A stretch of DNA of 64,000 bases, from NCBI GenBank assembly GCA_041690135.1, contig JAWLHY010000012.1, positions 32,001-96,000 of the forward strand. Reading direction: 5' to 3'. Origin of the DNA: Armatimonadota bacterium (lineage in GTDB: Bacteria > Armatimonadota > SYMT01). A model generated the notes under the pieces. It was not told the origin of the DNA. It was given only the letters and a program-made list of their open reading frames with translations, and did not search any database. Below are positions 31,315 through 42,931 of this stretch, piece after piece (the stretch's first letter is position 1; the number at the start of each line of letters is the position of its first letter). A program made the translations under genes and the position numbers.

Positions 31315-32418
31315 CTACTCCGTCACGAAAGTGCGCGCGGCCAGAAGATAGGCTACTACACCCCACGCGAACAGCCCCAGCAGCAAGGGGCTTACCTGGA
31401 GCAGGCTCGCCCCGTCCGAGGCGACCTGCCGCATCGCGCTGTTGAGGTACGAGAGCGGCAGGTTGTTGCCGATCGCCTGCACCCAGCCCGGCATCCCGTC
31501 GATGGGGAAGAAGACTCCCGCCAGCAGCACCTGGGGCAGGTTGAAGAGGTTGAGCACCACCGGCAGCGTCTGGTCGTCGCGGAAGAGGTTCGAGAGCAGG
31601 ATCCCGAACCCGAGGAACGCCATGATCCCCAGGAAGGCCAGGAACACCAACTGGACCGCGCTGACCCATCCCTGGGCCAGGTGGAACTGGAACAGGCCCA
31701 CCCCCACGGCGAGCAGGACGATGCTCTGGAACACCGCCTGTACCGAGCGGCTGAGACAGATGGATAGGACGAAGGTGAGCGGGGAAACCATCGTCGCCAT
31801 CATCCGCTTGATCACCAGGGTCCGGCGCAGGGTCGCCAGGCTGTAACCCACGCCGAAGGTGGCCAGGGACAGCATCGAGAACCCGATCTGACCGGGCAGG
31901 ATGAAGTCGATGTGCCGGAACGGTCGTCCAGGCACCTCGCGCCGCTGGAGAGGATGGGCCGGGGCGGCGACGCCCGCGTCCCGCAGGCTCAATTCCGCCG
32001 TGATCCCCCGGAGGAGGCTTTCCGCGGTCGTACCGGCCTGGGGGCGGCTGGAGGCGGTTACCAGCGCCACACCGCCGGGGCTCCCGGCCGCCGGGGCGAG
32101 GATCCCGGCCAGGCGGTTCTGCTGGACTTTACGCTCCAACTCCGCCTCGGTGCCCTCCACCAATTTCACCTGCGGCTCCGTGCCGGTGGAGAGGCGCTGC
32201 ACTTCCTGGTAGACCGGGTTGCTCCGGTCCAGTTGCGGGGAAACACCGATCTCCAGCGCCGCGCCGGAGTTGCTCAGCAGGCCGAAGGCGATCACGAAGA
32301 CTAGCGGGAAGATCAGGCTGAAGAAGTATCCGGCCTTATTGCGGAAGGTGGCCCGGAGCGCATAGCGGGTCAGCCCCGCGCCGATCCGGAACTGGGATGC
32401 TTGCGGACTACTCTTCAC
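31315..32418 (-). CDS. ABC-2 type transporter permease
   Basis: FFSLIFP, FILPG, LAGVFFPID, PLSYL. Confidence 0.92.
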   Translation of the reverse strand: MKSSPQASQFRIGAGLTRYALRATFRNKAGYFFSLIFPLVFVIAFGLLSNSGAALEIGVSPQLDRSNPVYQEVQRLSTGTEPQVKLVEGTEAELERKVQQNRLAGILAPAAGSPGGVALVTASSRPQAGTTAESLLRGITAELSLRDAGVAAPAHPLQRREVPGRPFRHIDFILPGQIGFSMLSLATFGVGYSLATLRRTLVIKRMMATMVSPLTFVLSICLSRSVQAVFQSIVLLAVGVGLFQFHLAQGWVSAVQLVFLAFLGIMAFLGFGILLSNLFRDDQTLPVVLNLFNLPQVLLAGVFFPIDGMPGWVQAIGNNLPLSYLNSAMRQVASDGASLLQVSPLLLGLFAWGVVAYLLAARTFVTE

Positions 32419-33163
32419 GAAGCTGCCTCCCCGTCAAGTTCAGGAACACGTCTTCCAGCGTGGCCGGCCGCACTTCCACCGGCCGCTGGAACCCGGACCG
32501 CACCAGGTCGTCGATCATCGCCGCGGGCGAACCCTCCGCGATGATCCGCCCGCGGTCCATAATCGCCAGCCGGCCGCAAAGCTGCTCCGCCTCATCCATG
32601 TAGTGGGTCGTCAGCACGACCGTTACCCCTTCCCGGTTGATCTCCCGGATCACGTCCCAGAGGTTGATGCGCGCCTGGGGGTCCAGGCCCGTCGTCGGCT
32701 CGTCGAGGAACACCACCCGCGGCCGGTTCACCAGGGTGGTCGCCAGGCTGAACCGCTGCTGCTGTCCGCCGGACAGCTTGCGGTAGGGGACTTTCGCCTT
32801 ATCGGCGAGCCCGAACTTCTCCAACAGCGGCAGCGGCTCCACGTCGATGCCGTAGAGCACCCCGAAGAGCCCCAGCAGCTCCTGCAGGCTGAGGTACGGA
32901 TAGAACCCCGCCGCCTGGAGCTGGATGCCGATCCGCTGCTTGATCTGCTGTGGATGCTTCGCAACCTCGAGCCCATCGATCGTCACGCGGCCGGAGGTGG
33001 CCGGTTTGAGCGTCTCCAGGATCTCCAGCGTGGTCGTCTTCCCCGCCCCGTTCGGCCCCAGCAGGCCGAAAATCTCTCCCTCCTCGACGCGGAACGAGAT
33101 CCCGTCCACCGCAGTAGTCTCCTCGTAACGCTTCACCAGGTTTTCGACTTCGATAATCGCCAT
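32408..33163 (-). CDS. ABC transporter ATP-binding protein
   Basis: GPNGAGKTT, LSGGQQQR, LDEPTTGLD, TTHYMDEAE. Confidence 0.96.
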   Translation of the reverse strand: MAIIEVENLVKRYEETTAVDGISFRVEEGEIFGLLGPNGAGKTTTLEILETLKPATSGRVTIDGLEVAKHPQQIKQRIGIQLQAAGFYPYLSLQELLGLFGVLYGIDVEPLPLLEKFGLADKAKVPYRKLSGGQQQRFSLATTLVNRPRVVFLDEPTTGLDPQARINLWDVIREINREGVTVVLTTHYMDEAEQLCGRLAIMDRGRIIAEGSPAAMIDDLVRSGFQRPVEVRPATLEDVFLNLTGRQLREE

Positions 33164-33285
33164 TCACTCACCACACCCAGGGGAACGCACCGGTCCGGCG
33201 GGCCGAGGCTTCCGGGCTGCTTGCCGCAGCATCCTACCAGATTACGCAATTGAGGCCGAGTCCCTCTCACGGAATGGACCAACAT

Positions 33286-33375
33286 GAGGATGAGGACCGG
33301 GGAAGATAAGGACCGGGGAAGATAAGGATAAGGATCTTCGGAGGATAAGGATGGGCGGTGGATAAGGATAAGGAA
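33286..33375. repeat. degenerate GGATAA/GATAAG hexamer array
   Basis: read directly; reverse-complement array (TTATCC) at about 24124-24180. Confidence 0.7.
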
Positions 33376-33542
33376 GTGGCGGGGGCGTGATCGGGTGTCG
33401 TTGGAGGAGAGCTGCTATTCGGCACGGGAAGGGGCGGGGGGGGAACGGTCGTACACCCGGCGGAGTTAAGGCCGTCCGTTCCTCACGTCATGGATCCGAG
33501 CCGGTCAGCCAACCGTGAAGCCGATTTGGATTTCGGGTGGTG

Positions 33543-33583
33543 CCTTCATCCTTCATCCTTCATCCTTCATCCTTCATCCTTCA
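33543..33583. repeat. heptamer tandem repeat (CCTTCAT), nearly six copies
   Basis: read directly. Confidence 0.9.
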
Positions 33584-33927
33584 ACAGGGCCACCCCTTCC
33601 CCACAACACGAATTCGCACCCGTCGGCCTACCATGCGGCCGGTGTGGTCTCACGTAGGGGAATGGTCGCTGTCCCTTCCCCACAATTTGAACGCGAACCC
33701 GTCCGCCAACCGTGCAGCAGGCAATGGACACCATGCCCCAACGCCGCTGCCGAACACGGGTGACTCCTGCCCGCAAACCGTAATGCAAGACAGGCGCGTC
33801 AACATGACAGGGTGGGCGACGGCGAGACCCACCCTACCCACACCCCCACCGGGCTGCGTCCTCGCAGCCGGCATCCCTGCGCCTTCCGGGATCAAAGCAC
33901 CGGGGGGGACATCAACGAACAAGACCC

Positions 33928-34545
33928 ATGAACCCTCTCCGAAAACTCCTGACGCCTTCCGTTACCGACCGCCTGATGGAACGGGATCTTCCCTCCCCGG
34001 ACTGGCCGGTGACCGAGGACGGAACCTATGCCGTGGTGCGGCTGGAGCTCGGCTGGGGCGAAATGGCGCTCACGCCGGAAGCGATCGAGCGGGCACGCGC
34101 GGTCCATAACCGCCTGGCGGAGCACCTGCTGGAACACGGCTGGAATTGGGACGCGCTGCTCGGCTCCTATCTCCTATTCCGGTGCGAGCCCTTCGGGCAG
34201 GCCTGCAGCGCACCGGAGGCGGTTTTGACCGCCCGCGCGGCGCTGCACGCCCTCCGTGTCGGACCGGAACCTGCCTCCCCGCGGGAAGCGACCGCCGCCG
34301 TGGGGATCGCCACCGGCCCCGTGGTTTTCGGCGAATGGGGCAGTCAGAGCCGGGTGTGCAGTGCAGTCCTCGGCCCCACCGTGGACCGCGCCCTCAGCCT
34401 GGCGCAAGAAGCCCGGCCGGGAGAGATCGCCCTCGACGAAACTACCTACCGGGCGCTGGGTGATCCGAACCGCTACCCCTGGGAGGAACTCACCTTCACC
34501 CGGCGCGAGCCCTCACGGGGCGGGTTCTGGCTGTTATCCGAGTAA
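33928..34545 (+). CDS. degenerate class III nucleotide cyclase-like protein
   Basis: VGIATGPVVFGEWGS...VLGPTVDRALSL...PGEIALDETT. Confidence 0.7.
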   Translation: MNPLRKLLTPSVTDRLMERDLPSPDWPVTEDGTYAVVRLELGWGEMALTPEAIERARAVHNRLAEHLLEHGWNWDALLGSYLLFRCEPFGQACSAPEAVLTARAALHALRVGPEPASPREATAAVGIATGPVVFGEWGSQSRVCSAVLGPTVDRALSLAQEARPGEIALDETTYRALGDPNRYPWEELTFTRREPSRGGFWLLSE

Positions 34546-35087
34546 CAGTACCTGCTGATTACCTGGTGCAACCGGACCGGCAATGGATCACGGCCGGTCC
34601 GGTTACGTACTACGCAACACGCAATAGGAACCCGCAGTCACCAGCGCCAAACCGCATGAGCTCCCGCCCCAGACCTCACGCATCACACCTAGCCAAGCCG
34701 GCGTAGCCGGAACCCAAGAGGAAGGCGGCGTCATCCATACGGACTTGCAGATGCGAGGGAGCCATAGCGACTGCGAGTTTACCCGGCGAAGCTAGGGCAA
34801 TCCCCCTGCTCTCCGCACCGCCGCCTTCGCCCCCGTTCGCCCGCTTTGCAGAATTCGCCGCGGAACTCCGGGGCCGGAGGGCGACGTACGGGGATCAAGC
34901 CTCCCTGCGCTCACCAGGGCGATTGCCACGCCCCGCAGAGGACGGACCTCGCATCTGGGTGCGACTTGAACCAAAGCACCGCAGACGTGGCTAGCGGCGG
35001 CTTGGTCGGGGCTCGCAATGACGCGCGCTACTTTTCCGAAACGACACCAACCGTGGTCGTTTTGCGCAGAGGTGCACTGGTAAGAAA

Positions 35088-36374
35088 CTAGTGCGCCGGT
35101 GCGGCGGTCCCCACTTCCACCGGGTTCTCTTTCGGCGGGTGGAAGAACAGGGCGAGCAGCACCGCGGCCGCCAGCGCCATCCCCGCCGGGACCAGGAAGA
35201 GGGACTGGTAGTCCGTCTGGCCCGCCTGGATGTAGTGGCCCTGGAGCGGCACGAAGACCCACTTGGCCGCCAGGTCGCCGATGCCCAGGATCAGCAGGTT
35301 GAACAGCCCCTGCGCGCTGGTGCGGATGTCCTTCGGGAAGACGGCGTCGATGTAGATGTAGAGGGTGGCGAAGAAGAAGGCGTAGCAGATGCCGTGGAGC
35401 ACCTGGACCGCCACGATTACCGGCACGCTGTTGCTCATGAAGGCGAACACCGCGAACCGGGCCGCGTGGCCCAGGATCCCGATGGTCATCGTCACCTTCC
35501 AGCCCAGCCGCTTCAGCACCAGCCCCAGCGCCGCCATGGTGGCGATCTCGGCGACCTGCCCGATGCTCATCACCGGCATGATGTTCTCCGGCTGGATCCC
35601 GATGTCGCCCAGGAACTTGCCCGCCATCACGAAGTAGCCGTTGTGGATGGTGGAGTCGACGAAGGTCACCAGGAACAGCACCAGGATGTACGGCGCCGCC
35701 AGCAGCCGGAAGGCCTTGAGCCAGGCCAGGCGCTCCTCCCCTTCCACCGCGGGACGCGGCGGAGTGTGCGGTAGGGTGAGGCTGAACCCGGCCAGCACCA
35801 GGGAGGCGATCCCGCCCACCACGAAGATGAAGCTCTGCGCCTGGATCAGGGCGTCGCCGCTCGCGCCCTTCAGGATGAAGTAGAGCGGCCACGAGGCCAG
35901 GATCCAGCCGATGGTGCCGCCCATGCGGACGATCCCGAACTCGCGCTGGGCATCCTTCAGGTTGGCGAAGGCCAGGGAGTTGGAGACGGAGATCGTGGGG
36001 ACGTAGACCAGCGAGTGGACCAGCATCAGCGCGAAGAACGGCACGAAGCTCCGCGTGAAGTAGAGCCCCAGAAGCGCCAGGCCGCCGATGAGGTGACTGG
36101 CCGCCATGAACCGCTCCGCCGAGAAGTTGCGATCCGCGAATTGGTTGCTGAAGAAGATGGCCACGATGGAGGCGATGGCGAACGCGCTTCCCACCAGGGC
36201 CTGCTGCCCTTCACTGAAGCCGATGTTGCCCATGTAGGGAAACACCAGGGGCAGCCAGGCGCCCCAGATGAAGAACTCCAGGACCATCATCACGAAGAGA
36301 CGGAAAGGGGCGTCGGTCCGGGAGCCGGATCCGCCGTTGGGAAGGGCATCTGCGCTCATAGGGGCTTTCTGCAC
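35088..36374 (-). CDS. MFS nucleoside:H+ symporter family transporter
   Basis: LEFFIWGAW, ADRNFSAER, RMGGTIGW, GQVAE, LHGICY. Confidence 0.9.
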   Translation of the reverse strand: MQKAPMSADALPNGGSGSRTDAPFRLFVMMVLEFFIWGAWLPLVFPYMGNIGFSEGQQALVGSAFAIASIVAIFFSNQFADRNFSAERFMAASHLIGGLALLGLYFTRSFVPFFALMLVHSLVYVPTISVSNSLAFANLKDAQREFGIVRMGGTIGWILASWPLYFILKGASGDALIQAQSFIFVVGGIASLVLAGFSLTLPHTPPRPAVEGEERLAWLKAFRLLAAPYILVLFLVTFVDSTIHNGYFVMAGKFLGDIGIQPENIMPVMSIGQVAEIATMAALGLVLKRLGWKVTMTIGILGHAARFAVFAFMSNSVPVIVAVQVLHGICYAFFFATLYIYIDAVFPKDIRTSAQGLFNLLILGIGDLAAKWVFVPLQGHYIQAGQTDYQSLFLVPAGMALAAAVLLALFFHPPKENPVEVGTAAPAH

Positions 36375-36461
36375 TCGAATACGAGGGTAAAGGAGACGGA
36401 TTTGCTACCACCGCAGGTTCGCTAACGGACCATACCATTCCTACTTTCCACCCCGGCACCC

Positions 36462-37772
36462 TCAAAGGGCAGGACGCGCGGCGGCGAAACCCGGGCGGGT
36501 CTCCTCCAGGATTTCGCGGAGCGCCTGCCGGTCCGCCGGACGGAGGTGGTGGAATTCGGGGGAGGTGTCCCTTCCCAGCAGCACTTCCCAGAGACGACGG
36601 TAGACGTGCTGCTTCGCGAGATCCGGGAGCGCGTCGAACTGGGCGGAGTGGATGAGATAGCTGCACGGGTAGCGCAGGAGCCGCGTGCGGAGATCGAGAT
36701 CCCGGAGCGAGCGTCCCCGGCGGTCGCGCGGCCCCGCCGCCGGGAACTCGCCGGCGAAACGGGAAGTCCCCTGCACCGGATTGGCGAGCGGCGCCTCGCC
36801 CACGAAGAGGAGGGCGCGGACCAGGGGCTCCGTGGCGCTCTTCACGCGGCGATGGGTGCTCTCCAGGTGCCCGCCGGCCGGCTTGTCGAGCGCCTCGCCC
36901 ACGCCTTCTTCATAATGGAGCGCCATCCGCGCCTCATAGCCGGCGCGGATCATCAGGTTGTGGAGGTGCGACTGGTGCTGGAGCAGCATCAGAGCGACCA
37001 GGTCCGAGTGGGGCGTGGGGTACGGCTGCGGGTCGAAGTAGCGGTCGAGTCGCGTTACATTCGCTCCCACTTCTAAATCTGGCGCGTCGATCTGTTCCAC
37101 GTTCCGGGCCACCGCGCCCAGATTCCCCAGGTGGCGGATCTTGCCGTGCGTGCCGGAAACGTACCAGCCGCCCCAGCGCTCCTCCCACGGGCTCGCGTCG
37201 GTGGTGTTGTAGTTCCGGTTAAAGAAATGGGGCTGCCCGGTAGGGTCGGTGAAGATCGACCGCACGATCAGTCCCGGAACCTGTCCGGTACGAGCAGCCG
37301 TGTGACACTGGAGGCACTCGCCGTTCTTGCGGACGAAGCGCGGCCGCGAGTCCGACTGGTCGAGCACATAGAAAACCGTGCCCAGGCGCGCATCTACGGA
37401 TGCCAGCTCCAACACCGGCGCTCGGGGGACCCAACCGACGTACGTCTCGTCGTTGAAATAGAGGGCGCGCGGCGTGCGGGGGGAGATCAGGTCCCGCTGC
37501 AGGCTGGTTTTCGAGAACACGAGCGTCTGCGAGGAAAGCGGGATCTTCAACTCCCGCAGCACCGCCGGGAGGTAGCCCTTCTCCGGGTCTCGCGCCAGCC
37601 GCACTTCGCCCCGCTCCACCCGCTCCTGCAACCGCGCCACCGCGTCCCCCGCCTGGGAGGTGGAGTAAGCGATCGCGGGATGCTCGCTGTCGTCCAGCGC
37701 TCCCACTACCGGCCCCGTGACCAACAGGGCTACCGTTCCACACAGAAGCAAGCGAGGGGAGTTGGCTGACAT
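36462..37772 (-). CDS. secreted protein with a single CxxCH heme motif (planctomycete-type conserved hypothetical)
   Basis: signal peptide; VFSKTSLQ, PRALYF, CLQCH, RWGGWYV. Confidence 0.75.
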   Translation of the reverse strand: MSANSPRLLLCGTVALLVTGPVVGALDDSEHPAIAYSTSQAGDAVARLQERVERGEVRLARDPEKGYLPAVLRELKIPLSSQTLVFSKTSLQRDLISPRTPRALYFNDETYVGWVPRAPVLELASVDARLGTVFYVLDQSDSRPRFVRKNGECLQCHTAARTGQVPGLIVRSIFTDPTGQPHFFNRNYNTTDASPWEERWGGWYVSGTHGKIRHLGNLGAVARNVEQIDAPDLEVGANVTRLDRYFDPQPYPTPHSDLVALMLLQHQSHLHNLMIRAGYEARMALHYEEGVGEALDKPAGGHLESTHRRVKSATEPLVRALLFVGEAPLANPVQGTSRFAGEFPAAGPRDRRGRSLRDLDLRTRLLRYPCSYLIHSAQFDALPDLAKQHVYRRLWEVLLGRDTSPEFHHLRPADRQALREILEETRPGFAAARPAL

Positions 37773-37983
37773 GCGTCCCATTAATACGGTAGCCGCAGAA
37801 TGATCTCGAGCTAAACCTAGAGGTTCCGCAGGAGTACTTGCGCCCCAGCCGAGAGATCTACCACCACCTTGAACGCGGACCGAGCGCCCACGAAGGTTTA
37901 CCCCCGGGCACCCTACGGGTGGCGCTTGCGGATGTGGGTGTGGGCGGCGTGCCTTACCCAAGTCCGGCCGTTCGGGGTCGGGA

Positions 37984-38391
37984 TTAAGAGGAACCGTCCG
38001 GATGAGGACCGTACTGCGCGAGCAAGGTGCGGAGAGCCTCCGGGGTGATTGGTTTCAGCAGATACTGATCGAACCCCGCCTGGTCGGCGCGTTCCCGGTA
38101 CTCGGCATTGCCGTATCCGGTCATGGCCACCACCGGTCGTTGCTCCAGCAAGGGTTGATCCCGGAGGCGTCGGCAGACCTCAAACCCATCCAGGCCGGGC
38201 AGCCCCAGGTCGCAGAGCACGAGGTCGGGTCGAAACTGCGTCGCCACCTGGAGAGCCTCCTCGCCGCTGTGAGCTACCTGCACGGTGTGGCCGTACTCCT
38301 CCAACAGCCACTGGAGAGTTTCTCCCGCATCCCGATAATCATCCACCACCAGAATCCGCATCCCGCGAGAACTCACTAGCTTCGTCTCCAC
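37984..38391 (-). CDS. single-domain response regulator
   Basis: ILVVDD, LCDLGLPGLDG, MTGY, LKP. Confidence 0.93.
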   Translation of the reverse strand: METKLVSSRGMRILVVDDYRDAGETLQWLLEEYGHTVQVAHSGEEALQVATQFRPDLVLCDLGLPGLDGFEVCRRLRDQPLLEQRPVVAMTGYGNAEYRERADQAGFDQYLLKPITPEALRTLLAQYGPHPDGSS

Positions 38392-38808
38392 TGCTCCGTT
38401 CCGGCGGTCCCGCGGAGATGCGGGGGAGGCTGGAATTACCTTCTCCCGTTGGGCGGCACCCCGCCGCGGCTCCTCTCTTCTTCACGCATTCTTTATGCGG
38501 GGAACGTTGTGGATCCTAGCAACGGGCATCGAATTACATTCGAAGGCCCCAATTCGCATGGGAGAACACCCCGGTGCCTCTTTGTAAGGCGACATAGAGA
38601 CAATCGTCCGTTCGAGCAGATAATGAGGGGACGATTGTCCCGAAGGATCGGACGTTGCTCTTCTGGGATAGAAGTAAGTCAGTCCCCTTAATGTGCGTGG
38701 TATTGAAAGTGAAAGCGCCGCAAGACTCCGCGTTGATCTTCCCCTCCAGAGGCCGATATTGAAAATAAGCAAGCATCACGGCGGCCTTTCCGTTCCTCGT
38801 CTCTTCGA

Positions 38809-41769
38809 ATGCCTCCCGATACGCCCATCAGCGATTCCCTAGCCACTCCGGACCTTGCGTCCGCCGACCCCTCCCCGGGTACCGGGCAAGAAGCAGCTCC
38901 CTGGCTGCAGACGGAGGCCTCTCCGGCGTCCATACCCGGTTTCCCTGATGTCCGGCTGCCAGTGTTCCTGGATGGTACGGGGCGCCACTGCCAGATCCTG
39001 CTTGACCTGGAAGGCCACATCGTCACCTGGAACCCGGAAGCTCGGCGCCTGTACGGCTATTCCCACGAAGAAATCCGGGGGAGTCATGTCTCGCGCCTCT
39101 GCCCGGAAGGTCAGGATGCCCCTCAGCATCTCGAAACGCTCTTCGGGCGCGCCGCTGCCCAGGGACGGAGTGAAGAGGAAACGTGGCAAATCCGCAAAGA
39201 CAGCACGCGCTTCCGGGCGACCCAGGTGTTCACCGCACTTCAGGGGCCGGATCGCGCGCTCCGTGGCTACGCGCTTTCGGTTCTGGACCTGACGCGAAAG
39301 TCCCGCGCAGGCGAGCGTCTCCGGCGCGTCTCCCGCGCAGCCCATGCGCTCTTCTGGGAAGCGCTGGTGGAAGACCGCGGCGGCGAACGCCTCCACTGGC
39401 AACTTTCGATCGCCGACGAACAGGAAGCGCAGCAATTCCTCCCGCTGGAGGTGCCTGACGGATGGTCCTACGCCAAGGCATGGTTCTTTTCTCGGCTCGA
39501 CCCAGACCGCGACCTCAGCGACCTGTACGGCACCGCTCGAATTCGCGCGGGAGAGAGCTATAGCCAGGAGTTCCGCTGCCGCCGTAAGGATGGCGAAGTC
39601 CGCTGGTTGCACGAGGAAGTGGAGATCGAGGCCCTGGGTCCCGGCGTCTGGCGGGCCGTCGGGGTCTGTCTGGATGTCACGGAGCGGAAGGCTGCGGAGG
39701 CGGCCTTAGAAGAGCGAGAACGGCGGCTGGAGCAGGTGCTTTCGGGAGCCGGGTGCCTGCTGTGGGAAGGAATGGTCCTCCGGCAGGGCGAGCGACTGGA
39801 ATGGCATCTCCGGATGTGCCATCCGGAGGCCGCGCAGCGATTCCTGCCGCTGGAGACCGGAGCGGGGCGGACGTACGAGCAGGCGCTCCACCAGAGCAAG
39901 CCGGAGGAGGACCGGCGGCGAACCGCACGCGTGGCGGAGACGGCGGTTCGCACGGGTGCGCCGGGATACCAGCAGGAATTCCGATGCGTACAGCGGGACG
40001 GCCGCGTCCGCTGGCTCTGGGAGGACGTGCGGATCGAACCCGCGGGTCCGGACACCTGGCGCCTCGTGGGAGTTAGCCTCGACATAACGGGACGCAAGCG
40101 AGCCGAAGAACGCGACGCCGCTTTTCTCCGTCTGGGAGAACGGCTCAACGGCGCCGTCTCCTCGGAGGAGGCGGCACGGACGGTCCTGGAGATCGCCGAC
40201 GAGCTCCTGGGCTGGAATGCCTGCTGGCTCGCGCTCCGACACCCGGAAGAGGACCTGCTGCGGTTCACCCTTCTGATGGATGAAGTGGAAGGTCGACGCA
40301 CGGAATTGCCCAGCCCCGGACCGGTGCTTCCCTTCTCCCCCCTCGCGGAGCGCGCCTTGCGAGAGGGCGCATTCCGCTATGAGCGGGACCCCGAGGAGCC
40401 GATCCCGGTGGAGCGCCGCTTCGGAGACGTGAAACGCGCCACCCGCTCGGTGCTGGTGGTGCCGATCCGCCACCGGGAGAGCGTATTGGGAGTGCTCTCC
40501 ATCCAGAGCTACACCCCAGGCGCCTATGACGCGAACGACCTGCGCACGCTCCAGGCACTGGCCGACTACTGCGCTTCCGCCCTGGAACGCACCCGGGCGG
40601 AAGCGGCGCGGGTGCGCCTCGAGGAGGAACTGCGGCAGTCCCAGAAGATGGAGGCGGTGGGCCGTCTCGCCGGAGGCGTGGCGCACGACTTCAACAACAT
40701 GCTCGCCGTGATCAACGGCTACAGCGCGCTCCTGCTCCAGAGCCTCTCTCCGGAAAGCCCGCTCCACGAATCCCTCTCCCAGATCAACCAGGCAGGAGAG
40801 CGGGCCGCGGGGTTGACGCGCCAGTTGCTCGCCTTCAGCCGCAAACAGATGATGCGTCCCCGCTCGGTGGACATCTGCGAGTTGCTGGAGAATCTCCAGC
40901 GCATGCTGCAGCGGCTGATCGGCGAGGACATCGAACTGGTCCTCGAATGCCCGGCCAGGTTGGGGCATATCCACGCGGACCCCGGCCAGGTGGAGCAGGT
41001 ACTGATGAACTTGGCCGTGAACAGCCGGGATGCCATGCCCGAAGGAGGCGAGCTGCGCCTGCGGGCCGAGGCCGTGCAACTGCAGGCCGGGGCTCTCCCG
41101 GAAGCGCCGCATTTATCTCCAGGAGAGTACGTCTGTCTCACCGTTACGGACACGGGGTTCGGCATCGCCCCGAACACCCTGGCGCGTATCTGGGAGCCGT
41201 TCTTCACCACCAAGGAGGCGGGCAAAGGAACGGGGCTCGGCCTGGCCACGGTTTACGGCATCATCCAGCAATCCGGGGGAGCGATCACCGTGCGGAGCGA
41301 GGTAGGAAAAGGGACCGAGTTCCGAGTCTACTTCCCGCGAGGGGAGGCGGAAGAGACCCGTGCAACCGTGGAACCGCTGGCCGAACTGCGTGGGACCGAA
41401 ACCATCCTGGTGGTGGAAGACGAGGAGCAGGTGCGCCGCCTGATGGTCCACACGCTGCGTTCGTTCGGTTACCAGGTGCTGGAAGCCGCCAGTGGCGCGC
41501 AAGCGCTCTCCATGGCGGCTTCCCGGGAGAACGCACCGCTCGACCTGCTGCTCACCGACGTGGTGATGCCGGGAGGCCTCAACGGACGGGAACTGGCTGA
41601 CTCCCTGCGGGACATGCGCCCCGGCCTGCGGATCTTGCACATGAGCGGCTACACCGACGATGAGGTGATGCGTCGCGGCATTTTTGAAGGCGAGACGCCG
41701 TTCATCCAGAAGCCGTTCCTGCCGCTGGCGCTCCTCAAAAAGGTCCGGGAGGTGCTCGGACGGACATAA
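38809..41769 (+). CDS. PAS/GAF hybrid sensor histidine kinase-response regulator
   Basis: three PAS-like domains, GAF, AHDFNN H-box, [15 protein letters not shown]-terminal REC. Confidence 0.95.
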   Translation: MPPDTPISDSLATPDLASADPSPGTGQEAAPWLQTEASPASIPGFPDVRLPVFLDGTGRHCQILLDLEGHIVTWNPEARRLYGYSHEEIRGSHVSRLCPEGQDAPQHLETLFGRAAAQGRSEEETWQIRKDSTRFRATQVFTALQGPDRALRGYALSVLDLTRKSRAGERLRRVSRAAHALFWEALVEDRGGERLHWQLSIADEQEAQQFLPLEVPDGWSYAKAWFFSRLDPDRDLSDLYGTARIRAGESYSQEFRCRRKDGEVRWLHEEVEIEALGPGVWRAVGVCLDVTERKAAEAALEERERRLEQVLSGAGCLLWEGMVLRQGERLEWHLRMCHPEAAQRFLPLETGAGRTYEQALHQSKPEEDRRRTARVAETAVRTGAPGYQQEFRCVQRDGRVRWLWEDVRIEPAGPDTWRLVGVSLDITGRKRAEERDAAFLRLGERLNGAVSSEEAARTVLEIADELLGWNACWLALRHPEEDLLRFTLLMDEVEGRRTELPSPGPVLPFSPLAERALREGAFRYERDPEEPIPVERRFGDVKRATRSVLVVPIRHRESVLGVLSIQSYTPGAYDANDLRTLQALADYCASALERTRAEAARVRLEEELRQSQKMEAVGRLAGGVAHDFNNMLAVINGYSALLLQSLSPESPLHESLSQINQAGERAAGLTRQLLAFSRKQMMRPRSVDICELLENLQRMLQRLIGEDIELVLECPARLGHIHADPGQVEQVLMNLAVNSRDAMPEGGELRLRAEAVQLQAGALPEAPHLSPGEYVCLTVTDTGFGIAPNTLARIWEPFFTTKEAGKGTGLGLATVYGIIQQSGGAITVRSEVGKGTEFRVYFPRGEAEETRATVEPLAELRGTETILVVEDEEQVRRLMVHTLRSFGYQVLEAASGAQALSMAASRENAPLDLLLTDVVMPGGLNGRELADSLRDMRPGLRILHMSGYTDDEVMRRGIFEGETPFIQKPFLPLALLKKVREVLGRT

Positions 41770-41770
41770 G

Positions 41771-41802
41771 AACGGGACCCCGAGAGCATTCGCGGTCCCG
41801 TT
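41771..41802. terminator. hairpin between convergent genes
   Basis: AACGGGACC...GGTCCCGTT. Confidence 0.5.
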
Positions 41803-41851
41803 CCTCTGGCCATGGTTCAACCGGCCTGACCGGAACTCTTAAGCCGGCAGC

Positions 41852-42787
41852 TTACCGGTCACCGCCGGGACCGCCGCTCCCGGGCCGTCCGCCGGGGCCA
41901 CCCGGGCCACCGAAACCGCGAGGACCGCCGAAGCCGCCGCGACCTCCCGGACCACCGGGGCCATCGGGGCCGCCCGGGCCGCCGAAGCGCATCTGCGGGA
42001 AGGTGAACGGCGCGCCCTGCATGGCCTGGAACTGCTTCTTCTGGGCCTCCGTCAAGACGCTGCTCAGTTGCTTCTCGGTGTTGCCGCGCACCTGTTCCAG
42101 CTTCTGCCGGCCCGCCTCGAAGCCGCCCTGTTCTCCGCGTCCGCCCTCGAACGCCGCGCGCATCGCCTCTCGCTCCGCTTCCATCGCCGTCCGGACTTTC
42201 TCCCGCTGCGTCTCCGAAAGCTTCAGCTCACCCGCCACGTCTTTCCGGCCCAGCGCCCGGAACCCGGCCCGCTGGAGCTGGAGCTCCCGGTAGCGGGCAA
42301 GCTGCTGGCTATCCAGGATGCCGGCAAGCTTCTTCTCCACGTCCTGACCCGGACCCTCGGGACCACCCGCCCGGCCCGGCCGCTGCCCTTCCCCCGGACC
42401 TCGCCCACCAGGGCCACCCGGCGCGCCCGCTCCAGCGCCCCGCGGCCCCCGAGGGCCGCCCGGTCCTTCCGGTCCGCCGGGGCCTCCGAAGCCCGGTCCA
42501 CCCGGACCCCGCCGGCCCGGCATCAGCTCCTGCAGGCTGGCGATCTGCTTCTCCTGAAGCTTTAGCTCCTTCTGCACCTCCGGCAGCATCAAGAGACCGG
42601 CGGGGCCACCCGGGCCACCGCCCCGCGCGAACCCGGGACCACCAGGCCCTCCCGGACCGCCGGGACCTCCGAAACCTCCGGGCCGTCCGGGCCGACCCTG
42701 GCCCCCCGGGCCTCCGGGACCCTGGGCAAGCGCCGGCACGGCAAGAACGAGAGCGAGTGCACTGATCTGGATGGCTCGACGGTTCAT
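41852..42787 (-). CDS. secreted Gly/Pro-rich protein with Spy/CpxP-like helical core
   Basis: signal peptide, GGPGGP repeats, ELKLSETQ and LTEAQ (LTxxQ-like) motifs. Confidence 0.8.
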   Translation of the reverse strand: MNRRAIQISALALVLAVPALAQGPGGPGGQGRPGRPGGFGGPGGPGGPGGPGFARGGGPGGPAGLLMLPEVQKELKLQEKQIASLQELMPGRRGPGGPGFGGPGGPEGPGGPRGPRGAGAGAPGGPGGRGPGEGQRPGRAGGPEGPGQDVEKKLAGILDSQQLARYRELQLQRAGFRALGRKDVAGELKLSETQREKVRTAMEAEREAMRAAFEGGRGEQGGFEAGRQKLEQVRGNTEKQLSSVLTEAQKKQFQAMQGAPFTFPQMRFGGPGGPDGPGGPGGRGGFGGPRGFGGPGGPGGRPGSGGPGGDR

Positions 42788-42931
42788 GGAAATCTCCTCC
42801 GCGACGGGAAAGGCGGTGATCACAAGAGCGTCCGCCGTTTCCCCCACGGCGCTCCGCTCCGGTTGCGTCTTCTGATTCCCTAGACGATCCGCTTATGAAG
42901 AAGAAATGAACCTCGGCAGAGCACTCCCAGC

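Noticed and set aside
41852-42787. Collagen-like protein or novel repeat system
   Set aside because: The GGP repeats are irregular low-complexity linkers around a Spy/CpxP-like core, common in such genomes
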